DNA of 62,464 nucleotides, the filler included, from Dugesia japonica (taxonomy: Eukaryota): the NCBI GenBank assembly GCA_001938525.1. It is 6 parts of 6 records of this genome, joined end to end, with 100 filler letters (N's around TTAATTAATTAA, not from the genome) between each part and the next. Parts side by side here need not be neighbours in the genome. Positions count along the whole stretch, not along the records: positions 36,736 to 44,888 come from MQRL01556647.1; positions 44,989 to 53,366 come from MQRL01598573.1; 4 more parts are not named here. One strand, given 5' to 3'. The notes beneath the pieces are model-generated. The model did no database searches and was not told the DNA's origin. It worked only from the letters and a program-made list of their open reading frames with translations. The position numbers were made by a program, and so were the translations under genes. Positions 37,609 through 50,200 of the stretch are shown here, piece after piece; position 1 is the first letter of the stretch; every line of letters starts with the position of its first letter.

Positions 37609-40272
37609 AGTTAAACCATGTGAAAATATGAAGACTTTTAGGAGACTTCTCAAAAATAATGAATTATAAAAATATCTTACATAGATATTGTGAGTATAGA
37701 TTCATGAATTTCAAATATCTGAGATTTTTTAATTTTTATATATAATATTAAAATTGGTTTTTTTTTAAAATACAAATTAATTGAATAAATTCTATATATT
37801 ATATTAGACAAAATTATGAAATTATTTTGTAAACGTATGTTAAAAAAAATCGTAAAATAAAAGTATTTCAAAATTTTAAATTATAAAATTATAAAAAATT
37901 ATTTAGTAAAATTAGATTTAAAAATTAATAAAGGTATTTTAAAATTAAAGTCGACTTTATAAATTATAAAATTATAAAAATTATTTGGCAAAATTAGGTT
38001 TAAAAATAATTAAATTTTGGTATTTAAAAAAATCAACATATTTGAAAAAAATTTTAGATTTCTCAGATTATTTTTTTGAAATTTGTGAATTGTTATTTCA
38101 TATTTTTAATTTTAATAAAAGACTTGTAATAATCAATAAACAATTTATAGAAACTTGTGAGACTTTAAACTTAACTAATAGATAAAAAAACCACATCTTA
38201 TACATTTTAGAAAATTGAAAGTTATTAGATAAAAACAATCAATAAAGAAATTGAAGTGTATTATCATAAATCGATTGACATTTTGACATGACATTTAATA
38301 ATCGATTAATAACACTTCTTATATTATTCACTAGTAATAATAATAATTATACGCTTTTATAAACTGTAAGAATTTTGTCAATCGAAAAGAAATAATATCT
38401 AATAATCAGTTTCATTATAATTTATGTAATTAGATCAGTAACGATAAATAATGATCAATATTTTATTTGTTGACAAAGAATATTTCATTTTCATTCAAAT
38501 TTATGATTTATAATGAATTTAAGTACTTTAATATCTATGTGGCTTAGTAATATAATTTAATTTTAAAGTTGATGTATTCATACCATGAGTAATGAACTGG
38601 TAGTTATTCTGTAAGTTTCGGTTAACTATTTTCTATCATAAAATTGTATTTATTTTACTCACATAATCGGTAACAAATTTATCTAAATTAATTATATGAT
38701 TTTCGATAAATTTATGTTTAATTATCTCACAAATAATATAAATGTTGGAATATTTTCGAAAAATGTATACAACAATGATTTATAATTTAATAAAAAATGT
38801 TTCGAGACTTTTATATGATGTAACTAAGCAACTAGTTACGACACGCAGCAGCTCTGTTATGAAATTTAAATATCAATAATTTGTTAATTTGTGAAACAAA
38901 ATTCAGAACCATATTATAATATATACAAAAATACGTACATTGGTGTCACACCGAAAGATTTAGAACCTTATATCGACACATTGTAAGCGAAATATTGTCA
39001 ACCCCTAATGTAACCTGTAATAACTAATGTATTTTTTTGAAACTTCAATAAATGTTTTTCAGTATTTTCGTAGAGTGAATAAATCTTTTAAATAGATTGC
39101 AAATAGATTAAACATTATATTAAGAAATAAAGGGATAAGATAAGATTAAACCGAGCCCATTCATACTAATGAGATTTTTTAGACAAACCAATCATAATNN
39201 TTTACTAGAACATTAAAGAAGGTAAAAACAGAGAGTGATAAACAAAAGAAAAAATAAAATAGAGTCAAAGAAAAGAAACAAACGGTGTCAAACAACAAGA
39301 AGCGCACCAGTACATGAATTAATAGAAAAACAAGGCCAATTCACTAAAGAAGCTACTTGATTAATCCGCATATCTAGAAGAACATGAATAATGATGGGTA
39401 AACCCTGACTGGAAATGGTTCTAACCATAAATATGAATCGAAAACATCGAAGAATAATAAGAATAGAAACCAAATAAACAAGGATAATACGGAAGAACGT
39501 TAATGTTTGGAAACTGGTAAAAAAATAAGTTGGTCAGACAAATATTAATAATTAATTATAAAAACAGGAAAATTGGCGAAATCATCTAGTAGAATACGAA
39601 TCACGAATGCATTGTTCAAGAATACTAAAGTGAAAAATAAAAAATTAGCATATTACGTGGAAGAAATAACATAAGAAATAGATAGTCTAATTCATCCTTC
39701 AATAAATAAATTATGAAAGAGAAGCAAAAATAAGAAATATTTAATATCAAAGAAAATAAAGTTTAAGATAGATTAAAATATCAAATTAGAGAATAATGAA
39801 AATTAATACAGATATAAATCACCAACAGAAAAAAGTAATTCATTCCGGTTATTTATGAAATAAAAATTATACATTAAATATATTAATTGATTATAAAACA
39901 AACTTTGCTTGATAAATAGGTAAAAGTCAAAAGAGGGTCAGAACAAGAAATTTAAGAGGTGTATAAGTATAAAACAATTCAGAACGAAAATCGATGAGTG
40001 CATAAATCCAGTGTTGTCCGATTTCAAAAAATTTTATGACTACAAAACAATATAATACACTTAAAACAAAATATTTGTTCATAAATAAATATTCAGAAAT
40101 CATTTATTTAAAAATATGAAATAAATTATATATGGAAAATATCTTTTAATTTTACAAAAAGGATTTTACTGATTTTTCCTTTCGATGGAATAATTTTTAA
40201 TGGATAATTTTTAAATATTTCATGACTAAATTTTATTGTAGAATTTATTAAAATATAAATTACAGTTTTTTT

Positions 40273-41378
40273 GTTGAAGAATTTTCTCCAAAAGTGCCAT
40301 AAAACAATTTAAAATTTGTAGCTTTAAAAATAAATTTGATTCGTTTTAAATTTAAAATATAATCTTAAGAATCAATTGAAAATTTTCAATTTTCCATTTT
40401 GGATTTAATTTGCATAATTATGGCGATAAATTTTCCAAATATTTCCACATTAGTTTATCGCAAAGACCGCAGCATTAATTTGCAAAGACGTAGTACATTG
40501 GAACAAAATAAATTATGTTCTAATGGCCATAAATTATATCTATCTGTCAATGACAAGGAAGAAAGACGGCATTTCCGAATAAGAAATTGTTGAACAGAAC
40601 AGTAGCTAAAGAAAGTTATATGGTTTAAAAATGTACATTTAAGCTACAGATATTCTATTTGTATGTTTTTGGGCATATAAAATGACTTCCATTAATTTTG
40701 ACGAAAGAGAATTACAAATATCCGTTAGCACAGCTGTTGATTAGTTAAACTTTCTAAGGAAGCACGTATTCTATAATTATTTGCAAATAAATGGTGGTCA
40801 AGGTATGGTGATGGAAATTGATGAAAGTATATTTGTTAAACGTAAAGGGAATGTTGGAAGAGTACAGTTACAACAATGGGTATTCAGAAGTATTTTCAGA
40901 AATACTTCAGAATGTTTTTTTATATTATTCCTGGTTCGAGCGCAAATACTCTTCTTCATATTTTTAGACAATATACGTCAAGGATCAATTAGCAATCAAT
41001 GGAGTCTATAAGCACAAACTTTTATTTTTGAAGATGAATTTCAAACATTTAACTTTTTGGGAGCTCATACCAAGAGTGAGAAGGTCAATGAAGTAAAGAA
41101 AAATTTAAAAATAAACAATAATGTAGAAGTCATAGGCAAATGATCAATCCATACTTATGTGAATACATTTGTAAAAAGAGACATAGAGGACAAATTTCAT
41201 TCGAGGCAATAACTGGAGCAAATACTAGATATTGGCCAAAACCATAGAAACCTTCGATAGCATTCATTGTTTACTAATTGATTGTGTAATGAATTGTTAA
41301 ATATAGTGTTTAATAAATTTTATTTTATGGTAATAAATTGTATATATGTTTAGAACTTTATGGAGGAAATTCTACATG
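40273..41378 (+). mobile_element. Merlin (IS1016/ISXO2-like DDE) transposon, dead
   Basis: GGQGMVMEIDESIFVKRKGNVGRVQLQQWVF...ECF, N-terminal CxxxH...C, later GAHT. Imperfect TIRs GAATTTTCTCCAAAAGT / ACTTTATGGAGGAAATTC. Confidence 0.8.
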
Positions 41379-43163
41379 TGAGCCAAAGTGCACAAGAACT
41401 GTTGTAAGTTAGCATGAAACTTTTCTAAATCAATTGTATTGAAAATATATTTTTAAAAAGTAAACTTTTTTTAATCATTTAATTTATATACACTGTATAG
41501 TATATTTTAAAGATATCGAATATTTATATATCAATATCTAGGATTATGTACCTCCATACCATGTGTTTTTATACTCATTAATTGCTGTGTATAATATTGA
41601 ACTTAAGATAATATAGTTCCCGACAATAATCCATTTCTGTTAATAAAATAAGAATATGGTATCAACGGCAATAAGATTTTCAAATAATTTGAAAGTTTAG
41701 AACAATGAAGAAACCTACAAAAACCAGTTCAAAAGATACCAATTATTTTATCAACAATTTCGGTATAATATAGGTTAAACGGAAATAGAATATATGGTTT
41801 AGGAATTAATATGTATTGCCAATTTAAATAGATAATCGTGTAAAAGAATCAAAACTAAAGAGAAACGTTTATGCATCCCTGCACAAATGATGATGACTAG
41901 TACTTTCTTTATTGTTATAAAAATAAACAATTATATTCTTTTGGATATTTTAAAAATCCAGAAGTCACTGCAAGCAACTTTCATATGGAGATTCAAACAA
42001 ACAAGAAAAAATAAAAATTACACCCGTGGACCCCCAACAATAATATAAATTAAAGAAAGTATATATCTTTATACAGTAAACACAACGTTTATCCAGACTG
42101 CTCAGGCCAAAAATATAAATCATAAATATTTTATTTTTTAAATTAATTTTCTAGTAATTTTAGTTTGGTTTATTTTATAGTTTCCCCTACGTATTCTAAT
42201 TTCAAATTCATTCCTTTGTTTTAGATGTCTTAGAGTAAAATAAACTTTGAATACGAAGATAATTTTTTTTATAAAAATCGTTTATTCACTAAGTATAACA
42301 TCTCAAAATCTTAAATTTTTGTCTTTTATATATGTAACCATTTATTCCGTCAGCTTTTGTCAATTATTAGTTTCCGAATTTCATTTTGTTCCTGAATAAC
42401 TAGTATGTCATATATGAACTTCTGAAGCACGGTTAATAGATCATAAACAATAATCAAGGAGTATGTGATTATAAATCACCCAAAATTCTGATGTATAACA
42501 CATTCATCACAGTGAATAAGCAGATTTCTTTGTATTATTGAATATAAAAGCTTATAACGATTTGGAATTATTTTTGTTTAACATTGAGCTAGTAACAATC
42601 TTTAACCACTTACACTAGTATTTCAATCCTAAATTTTAAAATGACACTGATAAAAATATTACAAATTACGAAAAATTATTGTAAAATTATCATATAATAA
42701 CTTTTTTTAATCTTTACTAAGAATATTTTTATAATTACTATACTAAATTTTTCACTTAAGCCGAAGTAGAAACTGTTCATTTGTTAAATATTATGAACAT
42801 TAAAAAATTAATAAAATTAGGTCTTAAACATTTTTCACGAGTGATAAAAATTAAACATATTTCATTTGTTTAAATATTAACTGAAAAATTTATAATAATA
42901 TTTAAAAGATTATATTAAATTATATTTTAATATTTTAAAAAACATTTAATTTCAACATAGTTGTATAAGTATTCACAATAAATAATTCTAAATCATAATG
43001 ATAAGTACTTATTTAAATTTCCTTAAATTTGTTATTAATAACTCCAGTCATCGCCCAATGTGCACTAAATCAAAAGTAAATTATTTATATTTATTATTAA
43101 ATATATTTCTGTTTAGTTTAATGATATTTTAAGTGTTTGAATTTTTAAAATGTTCTTTTTTAG

Positions 43164-43453
43164 CCAAAAATTACTGATTCAATTCATGTAACAAGTCGGC
43201 TTGGAAATGTTTATAAAAAACAATTATATGATATTTTTTCAACTGGAGAATTTGGAGATTTAAATGATGTTAATATCATTTCTGTAATGCATTTAATTAG
43301 AAATAAGAATATTAATATTTGGAATTTATATTAATAGGTTCAAGTTAATTCTCGAGTGAAACAAATTTTTGTTAATTATTCAATTAATTCTAATGATTTG
43401 AATAAAATTTATAATGTCAATGACATTTTTAGTAAATGCGGATCACAGATAAG
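43164..43453 (+). CDS. Two internal exons of an unidentified gene (43164-43283, 43338-43453)
   Basis: Both exons have AG/GT boundaries and a 54-nt intron; they splice in frame to PKITDSIHVTSRLGNVYKKQLYDIFSTGEFGDLNDVNIIS|VQVNSRVKQIFVNYSINSNDLNKIYNVNDIFSKCGSQI with no stop. Confidence 0.55.
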
Positions 43454-44001
43454 GTAATTAGATGTATGATTGTTATTCTGATTATTTTCAATTTCTATAA
43501 TGCATAAATTATAAATAATTATAAAATATAAATTGATTATGATATTTTTGACAATAAAAACTGTCTTTTTGTTATTAATATTATTTTTATAAATAAATAA
43601 TTAATTAATTAAATAATTAATTAACTGAAGATGACAGAAAAATACGAATGGATAGCAAGGAAGCAGGCGATGAAGTAATTATGTGAATCTTGGAGTAAGT
43701 AGAAGGAATTAAAGAAAATTTTTCTTCAGTAAAGAAATTTGAAAGAAAAGAATAGTTAAAGCGGGAGTAACACGTGGACATGTTACTATAGACCAGTGTT
43801 TCCCAAAGTGGAACACTTCAACAAAAATTGATTATGCAGAATGTTAATAAGCAACGGAGGTCAACTTTGGCAAAAATTCAAAGATAAAAATCATTATTTA
43901 ATCAATATTGCACTGGGAACAACTTTTACCATTTCCAAGTATTTGATTGGTCGTTTTTGACAATCGAATTTTAAATTGAAATAACAATTGAAATGGTACA
44001 A

Positions 44002-44760
44002 CTAAACTAGTTTATTGATTAAAATAGTAACGGTTACAAGTAATACAAGCTTTCTAGCTCCAATAGTAGAGAAATCTTCTGCTCTGGATTCAATAAAGTA
44101 ACACAAGGCATTTTCAGTAGAACTTTGGTTTTTATAGATTTTCCCATTCAGGAAAACAACAAAATGTTTGAAAAGGTAATATTTAGTAAGGGAGAGGTCC
44201 GACGAGTACGCAGGACGAGGGGAAATTGGGCAGCACAAATCATGTAACTCTTGTATTGTCATTTGTGCACCATGTGGCGGAGCGTTGTTATGGGGAACAA
44301 TGGGACGTTTTCTGTTCCAACTTCTTATGCAACTCAACGATTTCTTTACAGTATTTGTTCGCTGTGATAGTTTCCCCAGGAGACAGAAATTTATAAAGGA
44401 TAATGCTTCCAGAATATCCCCAAACACTTATGATAACCTCGTTTCGATGATGTCGCGGTTATCATGTGATACCCATTTTACGATCGATGAAAGGATCGTA
44501 GATATTACGGCGAATACTGAAATCTGATGAACTGATTTCAAAACATCGAATATTTTGATTTTCTCATAAATCATGCGGCACCATTTATCAGACTTCTTCA
44601 CTTTGTCCAATGGTTTGAGATGATTCAGAATTGCTACTTGACTGAGTACATTTAACTATTGGGATCAAGCTGTCGAATAGTTGTTCGCGTTCAATTTTTC
44701 ATTATTCACTGAAGCTGGACGTACACGACCTTCTATATGTTCCAGGCTGTCTCATCTCTA
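44002..44760 (-). mobile_element. mariner transposase relic
   Basis: KVKKSDKW, KWVSHDN, HNNAPPH (HDNARPH), PAYSSDLSLTKYYLF. Confidence 0.85.
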
Positions 44761-44888
44761 AAATTTCCCCCCCTCTTCCTATTGTAATATATTGTCACAA
44801 AAATATTTCATCATCTCTCTCCATCGTCATACCTCGTCTCCAATATATTTCCTCCTCTTCTCCGTCATAACTCGTCACAAATATATTT

Positions 44889-44988
44889 NNNNNNNNNNNN
44901 NNNNNNNNNNNNNNNNNNNNNNNNNNNNNNNNTTAATTAATTAANNNNNNNNNNNNNNNNNNNNNNNNNNNNNNNNNNNNNNNNNNNN
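44889..44988. other. Artificial contig spacer
   Basis: 44 N + TTAATTAATTAA (44933-44944) + 44 N. Confidence 0.97.
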
Positions 44989-45072
44989 TGATCCATTTTG
45001 CTATATCTCTGAATCATTTTGTTATATCTCTGATCCATTTTGTTATATTTTTGATCCATTTTGTTATATCTT
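44989..45072. repeat. 21-bp tandem repeat x4 (TGATCCATTTTGTTATATCTC)
   Basis: Direct reading. Confidence 0.85.
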
Positions 45073-45382
45073 TGAATTCGAAGTTTTAAACAACTAAAAA
45101 AGAGTAAGAAATATAAAAAAAAACATTTTGATCGAAGCTTTTAATATAATGAAATCCTTACATCAGGCATGAAGAACAATTTGAAATTACTAGTTTGGCC
45201 TTTGTGAAAAAAGGTTTCTTACCCCTTTTATTCATTATTTCATTACTTAATTATTACAAATTTTTGAAAAAAGAATTTAATATAATGTAAATAGTGTAAT
45301 TTTAAAAATAACTTAAAATTCTTGAAATTTAAAAATAATTATTGTTTAAAAAAATTAGGAAAAAATAAAAATTTCTTTTTAT

Positions 45383-45706
45383 TTAAAAAAATTAAATATT
45401 TTCAAAATTACGAAAATAAACTAAGGCGTAGATGAAAAAAGTTTCAAAAAATGTTTCTTTTTAAAATTTTTATTAAAGTAACAAAGACTTTTTCAAAAAA
45501 AGTTTTTTATTATTTCCTAATTTTTGAATTTTTTTTCCCGTATTTTCGAAGAAGATAAATTCAAAAATTAGGAAAAAATAAAAAACGTTTTTTTGAAAAC
45601 GTTTTTGTTACTTTAATAAAAATTTTAAAAAGAAACATTTTTTGAAAGTTTTTCCATCTACGCCTTAGTTTATTTTCGTAATTTTGAAAATATTTAATTT
45701 TTTTAA
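45383..45706. repeat. Long inverted repeat / fold-back element (~150-bp arms, ~25-nt loop)
   Basis: CAAAATTACGAAAATAAACTAAGGCGTAGATG... pairs with ...CATCTACGCCTTAGTTTATTTTCGTAATTTTG, with few mismatches along the arms. Confidence 0.9.
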
Positions 45707-46059
45707 TTCACAGATCAATGATTAAAAATTTTAAAAAAGTGAATTTTTTTTAACAAAGTGTAATTTTCACAAAAAACCAAATAATTTTTTTATTTATTTA
45801 TAAAATCAAAATTATTAAAATTGAGTTTGAAAATTAAAATTGATATGGGAATTATTTTGTTCTGTTTCAAAATCAAAACTTAACCTTTTTATTTGATTTT
45901 GATTAATAAATTATGGATTCTTAAAATGTTTTACATTTTACGATGCGCGCCTCTGACTCCTCTAACGATTATATGATAGTAAATATTGGGAATTAAAATA
46001 TTAAGTAAGCCCGAAAGTTCGTGCGGTTGTTATTTATCAAACTATGAAAATCAAATAAA

Positions 46060-47060
46060 ATGTAAAATATAAACCCAACAATAAGATTTTATTTATCAAA
46101 ATAGTTATCGTTATAATGAACAATACTTACCCAACGGGACACAAGTTTGTAAATTCCATTTTTCTAAATATCTGGGTCGTTTGAGTCGATAAACCTGCCA
46201 ACTTTCGCTGAAATGTCATCAATATTTTTGGAATGATTTCCTATAGCTAAATACCGGTGATAATCCGTTTGAGAAATGTCGGAGGAATAAGGTTGATCTA
46301 ACAGAATTTCCCGTTAGAGCTGTCCAATTTTTGTCGAGTGATTTGTTGCAATATGAGGCCTTGCATTGTCGTATAACATAATCACTTGATTTCTGTTCAT
46401 TAGCATAGACTGTTGTTGAAGCATTATTTATTTNNNNNNNNNNNNNNNNNNNNNNNNNNNNNNNNNNNNNNNNNNNNNNNNNNNNNNNNNNNNNNNNNNN
46501 NNNNNNNNNNNNNNNNNNNNNNNNNNNNNNNNNNNNNNNNNNCATGAATCGGTGTTTCTGGAGAGTGTGAAATTGGATCCTTCGGTGATAACCAATGGTG
46601 ACCACGCTTGTTGTTTTTAAATATATCCCTTTTTCATCACAATTCAGCAACCAATCCAAAAGTGGCGAGATTTTATGACGCATCGAATTCGAAAATTTAA
46701 GTAGAAAATTCTCATTCAACAAATTATGTGGGACCCACCCGCAAAGCCTCCATAACTTTTCCAATTGCTTTAAATGTACCCGATATGTTTCCTTGCCAAC
46801 ATTGAAGATTCTTGACAACTCTTCATGATAAATTTAAATTTTCCTCAATAGATTTTTAAGTCATTGTTAAATATCAATGAAGATCTTCCGGAGCGTTCTT
46901 CATCGTCAACTAGCTTGTTGTCCTCGGATAATCTGGACAATACTTTCTTTTAATGTGTCCGGTTCAAACGCTAAACAAATCCTATGACATGCCTCTTTAC
47001 CGCCTGATCCCAGTTTATACTCAAAAAACAAGCATGTTCATATTTTAACATGTTTGTTAT
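46060..47060 (-). mobile_element. mariner transposon, dead (upstream of the first visible strumpellin exon, likely intronic)
   Basis: GWVPHNL, NCDEK, DNARPH and PYSSDISQTDY in shifted frames; Mos1-like N-terminal HTH remnants. Confidence 0.85.
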
Positions 47061-47220
47061 TTAATATTCATATTTAAACTATAGATAAACTTTCATTAAA
47101 TATATATTTTTATGTTTATTTTGATACTGTGATTGATGTGGCATATTCTGAAACTGCACGGACGTTACCTGCTATTTTTGTTTATTGTTTATATAAATAA
47201 CATTTCTCTCAATGTTTTAG

Positions 47221-50200
47221 TGTGAAGCTCTGTACTTATATGGAGTAATGCTATTATTAATAGAACAGAAAATTGAAGGAAGTGCAAGAGAGAAATTGTT
47301 AGTCTCCTATCATAGATATAGGTAAAATGCTTTGGTTGTATTTAAACATTTGTGAATATTTACATATGTAGTGTTAAACAATCAAACATTGATTCAAATA
47401 CTGACGAAGTGTTTCAATTACTGCGAAACACTGGATACAGTTTAAATCTACCCAATACCAAACGACCACCCGATTATCCTGAATCGTTTTTTAAGTAATT
47501 TCTTCGTTTTTTACTCGTTATTTTCACATAATTGCCTGGATTAATTTTGATGATATTTTATCAATTAGTCGGATTTGTATCAATGCTAAATATATTTCAA
47601 TGGTCCTAGACAAGTTAAGATCCGATGATTTCTATCATCAAACTTTGGCTTATCCATTGCCAGAGCACAGAAGTGTTGCACGTGCTACTCAAGCTAATAT
47701 GATTTATGTTTGTTTATTTTTCGCTCCGAATTATTTGCAACATCAGCCAGCAGTAATGAGAGAAATTGTCGATAAGCATTTCTCGGATAATTGGGTATTG
47801 GGTGGATATCTCGGTCATATTGTTAATTTGGTCGACGAGTGGACACCATACAGAGCTGCGAGTCTAGCTTTGGCTAATACAATTGAGGTAAACATGTAAA
47901 ATATACAAAAACATTTATTATTCAAATTTTAATATACGAAAAAATCGAAAATGCTTGAGATATTCATTTAATAAAATAATTATTATTTGTTTAATAATCC
48001 ATCTTTTAGAAATCTATCGATATCAATTTTAACATTAGTTATTGACAAACTCAGTGTAGGATTAGAGATTGTGATTTTCCGAGTTTTTTTGATTCTCGAG
48101 AATCTCGAGTATTGATAAACTTTTCAATATATTGAATTGATTTTTTGCACCATAAAACGAAAGCATAAAAATCAAAAGAAACAAAACTAATATTATATAT
48201 TATGGATTTATAACTTTTTAATGAAATAAAGAAAAAATATATCGAGGAATAAAATAGAATATAAAATAAAAAATATGAAAATTAAATTGTAAAAGAGCAC
48301 ATGAATAAAATATAAAAACCTTAAAAATAGTTACCGGTTTTCCTTGAAAATACTTTTTATAGTTTTTGTATTCGGTAGTTGGATTAATTTTCGCTGTTTG
48401 TTTTAATTAACTAACTTAATTAAATATTTCAGCGATAATTTAAATCAATCGGTAAGATTAGTTAATCAATAATGGTATATTATTTAGTTAAGTTGTACAG
48501 CAAACGAAAACCGATACATTTAATATGACTAGTTGTATCCCCAAAAACGCACATTTGCGGGAGGCGTTGCTTTTTTAGTTTTCATCTCAAAAGAAGTGCT
48601 ACAGAAAGTCATAGAATGCTTTCAGAAGCTTATGGCAACCAAGCTCTATCTGAAACATGCTTCGGGAATTCAAAATGGGTGACTTTGATTTGCAGGATAA
48701 ACAACGTCCAGGTTAACCAAAGCGCTTTTCAGATGAAGATTTGGAAAAGGTGTTGATCAAAGATCGATCCGAAATAATTGAAACAATATCAGAAATCGTT
48801 AATGTAAATAAATCTACCATAAGCAGACTATTGAAAGCCATTGGATACAAACAGAAAGTCGGTAAATAGTTGCCTCGTCAATTGAAAAAGTCCTTGTTAC
48901 ATCGCATAGTTAATTGTGATGAAAAATGGATTTCTTATGAAAATCCGAAACTAAGAAAATCATGGGTGAAGCCTGGTCAACCTGGAAAATCAACANNNAA
49001 ACAACACTTGCATGGAAACAAGGTGATGTTATCCATTTTTGGGATCAAAGAAGGCTTATTTATTTTGAGCTTCTGAACAAACGGGAAACGGTTGATGGTC
49101 GGCGTTATCAACAATAATTAATAAAATTGAGGCAAGCATTGAACGAAAAACGGCCAGACTATTCCAATAGACATGGGACGGTGTTACAGCATGATAATGC
49201 TCGACCCCACACTTCGATTTTAGTGAGGAATATGATAGTGTATATATAACAATTACAAGAATTATTGGGAGAATAATTATTGGATGTAACCATTGATCGT
49301 TTTTGAGGTTTCATTAAAATAAAAGCTTCGATCAAATTATTTTTGTTTTTGATAGTATGTCGAATTTTTGACTTCGTCTTCATCAGGAATTGACTTTTTG
49401 ATTCATTTAATAATTATTTTTACTATAGTAATTTTCTTTAATTTATTTTATTTTTACTAAATTTTAATTGGTTAATTTTAAATTTTTTCTCAATTTAATT
49501 ATTTAATTATTGATTTAATTATTAGGACTGTCTTCTTTAATTAGTAATATTTCATGTTTTTCCTAGAGGAATCCAATTCCAATTACAGAAACCAAGGCAA
49601 AAACTTTGTGGTTCCAAATGCATTTGTGATGGTAGAAATATATGCAATGAGAAAAATGTCACTTATAAAATAACATGCACCTTTTGTCAAGAAACATATA
49701 TAGGTGAAACATGCAGAACCATCCGAACAAGAATTAAGGAACATTTGAAATATAAAGAAAATGAAGTCTTCAAACACTTTCAACACAAACATAAGATTTC
49801 ACCAGAACATCAACATCACATAACATGGAAAACACTAGAAACAAGCTACATTTCCACACTTCATAGAAAAACACATGAAGAATTACTAATCAAAGAAGAC
49901 AATCCTAAAATCAATGTAATTTACAATAATTAAATTTTAAAAAACTTTAAAATTGAATGAATNNNNATTGAATGAATCAAAAAGTCAATTCCTGACGAAA
50001 ACAAAGTCGAAATATAGAATTAATATCAAAAACCAAAAAAAACAAATTTTGATCGAAGCTTTTATTTTAAGAGAATATAATATATATATAATGAAACAAC
50101 GCAATTTTTTAAATTTTTTATTTTTAAGATATGTTTCTGACAAATCTATGTCCATCATCAATTGTTTAAATACTGGCAAATAAAACCTGTTATGTAATCA

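Larger units (their letters stand above)
49250..50076 (+). mobile_element. 5'-truncated Penelope-like element with inverted terminal repeat and GIY-YIG endonuclease fragment (~49574-49933)
   Basis: Stop-free frame [47 protein letters not shown]...HFQHKH...[17 protein letters not shown] (GIY-YIG with CCHH). 49250-49560 is an inverted copy of the ORF end ([11 protein letters not shown]) plus terminal repeat. Confidence 0.9.

Noticed and set aside
41940-42015. GYFKNPEVTASNF, resembling an AMP-binding enzyme motif
   Set aside because: Short frame bounded by stops; the expected upstream GE and downstream TGD motifs are absent.
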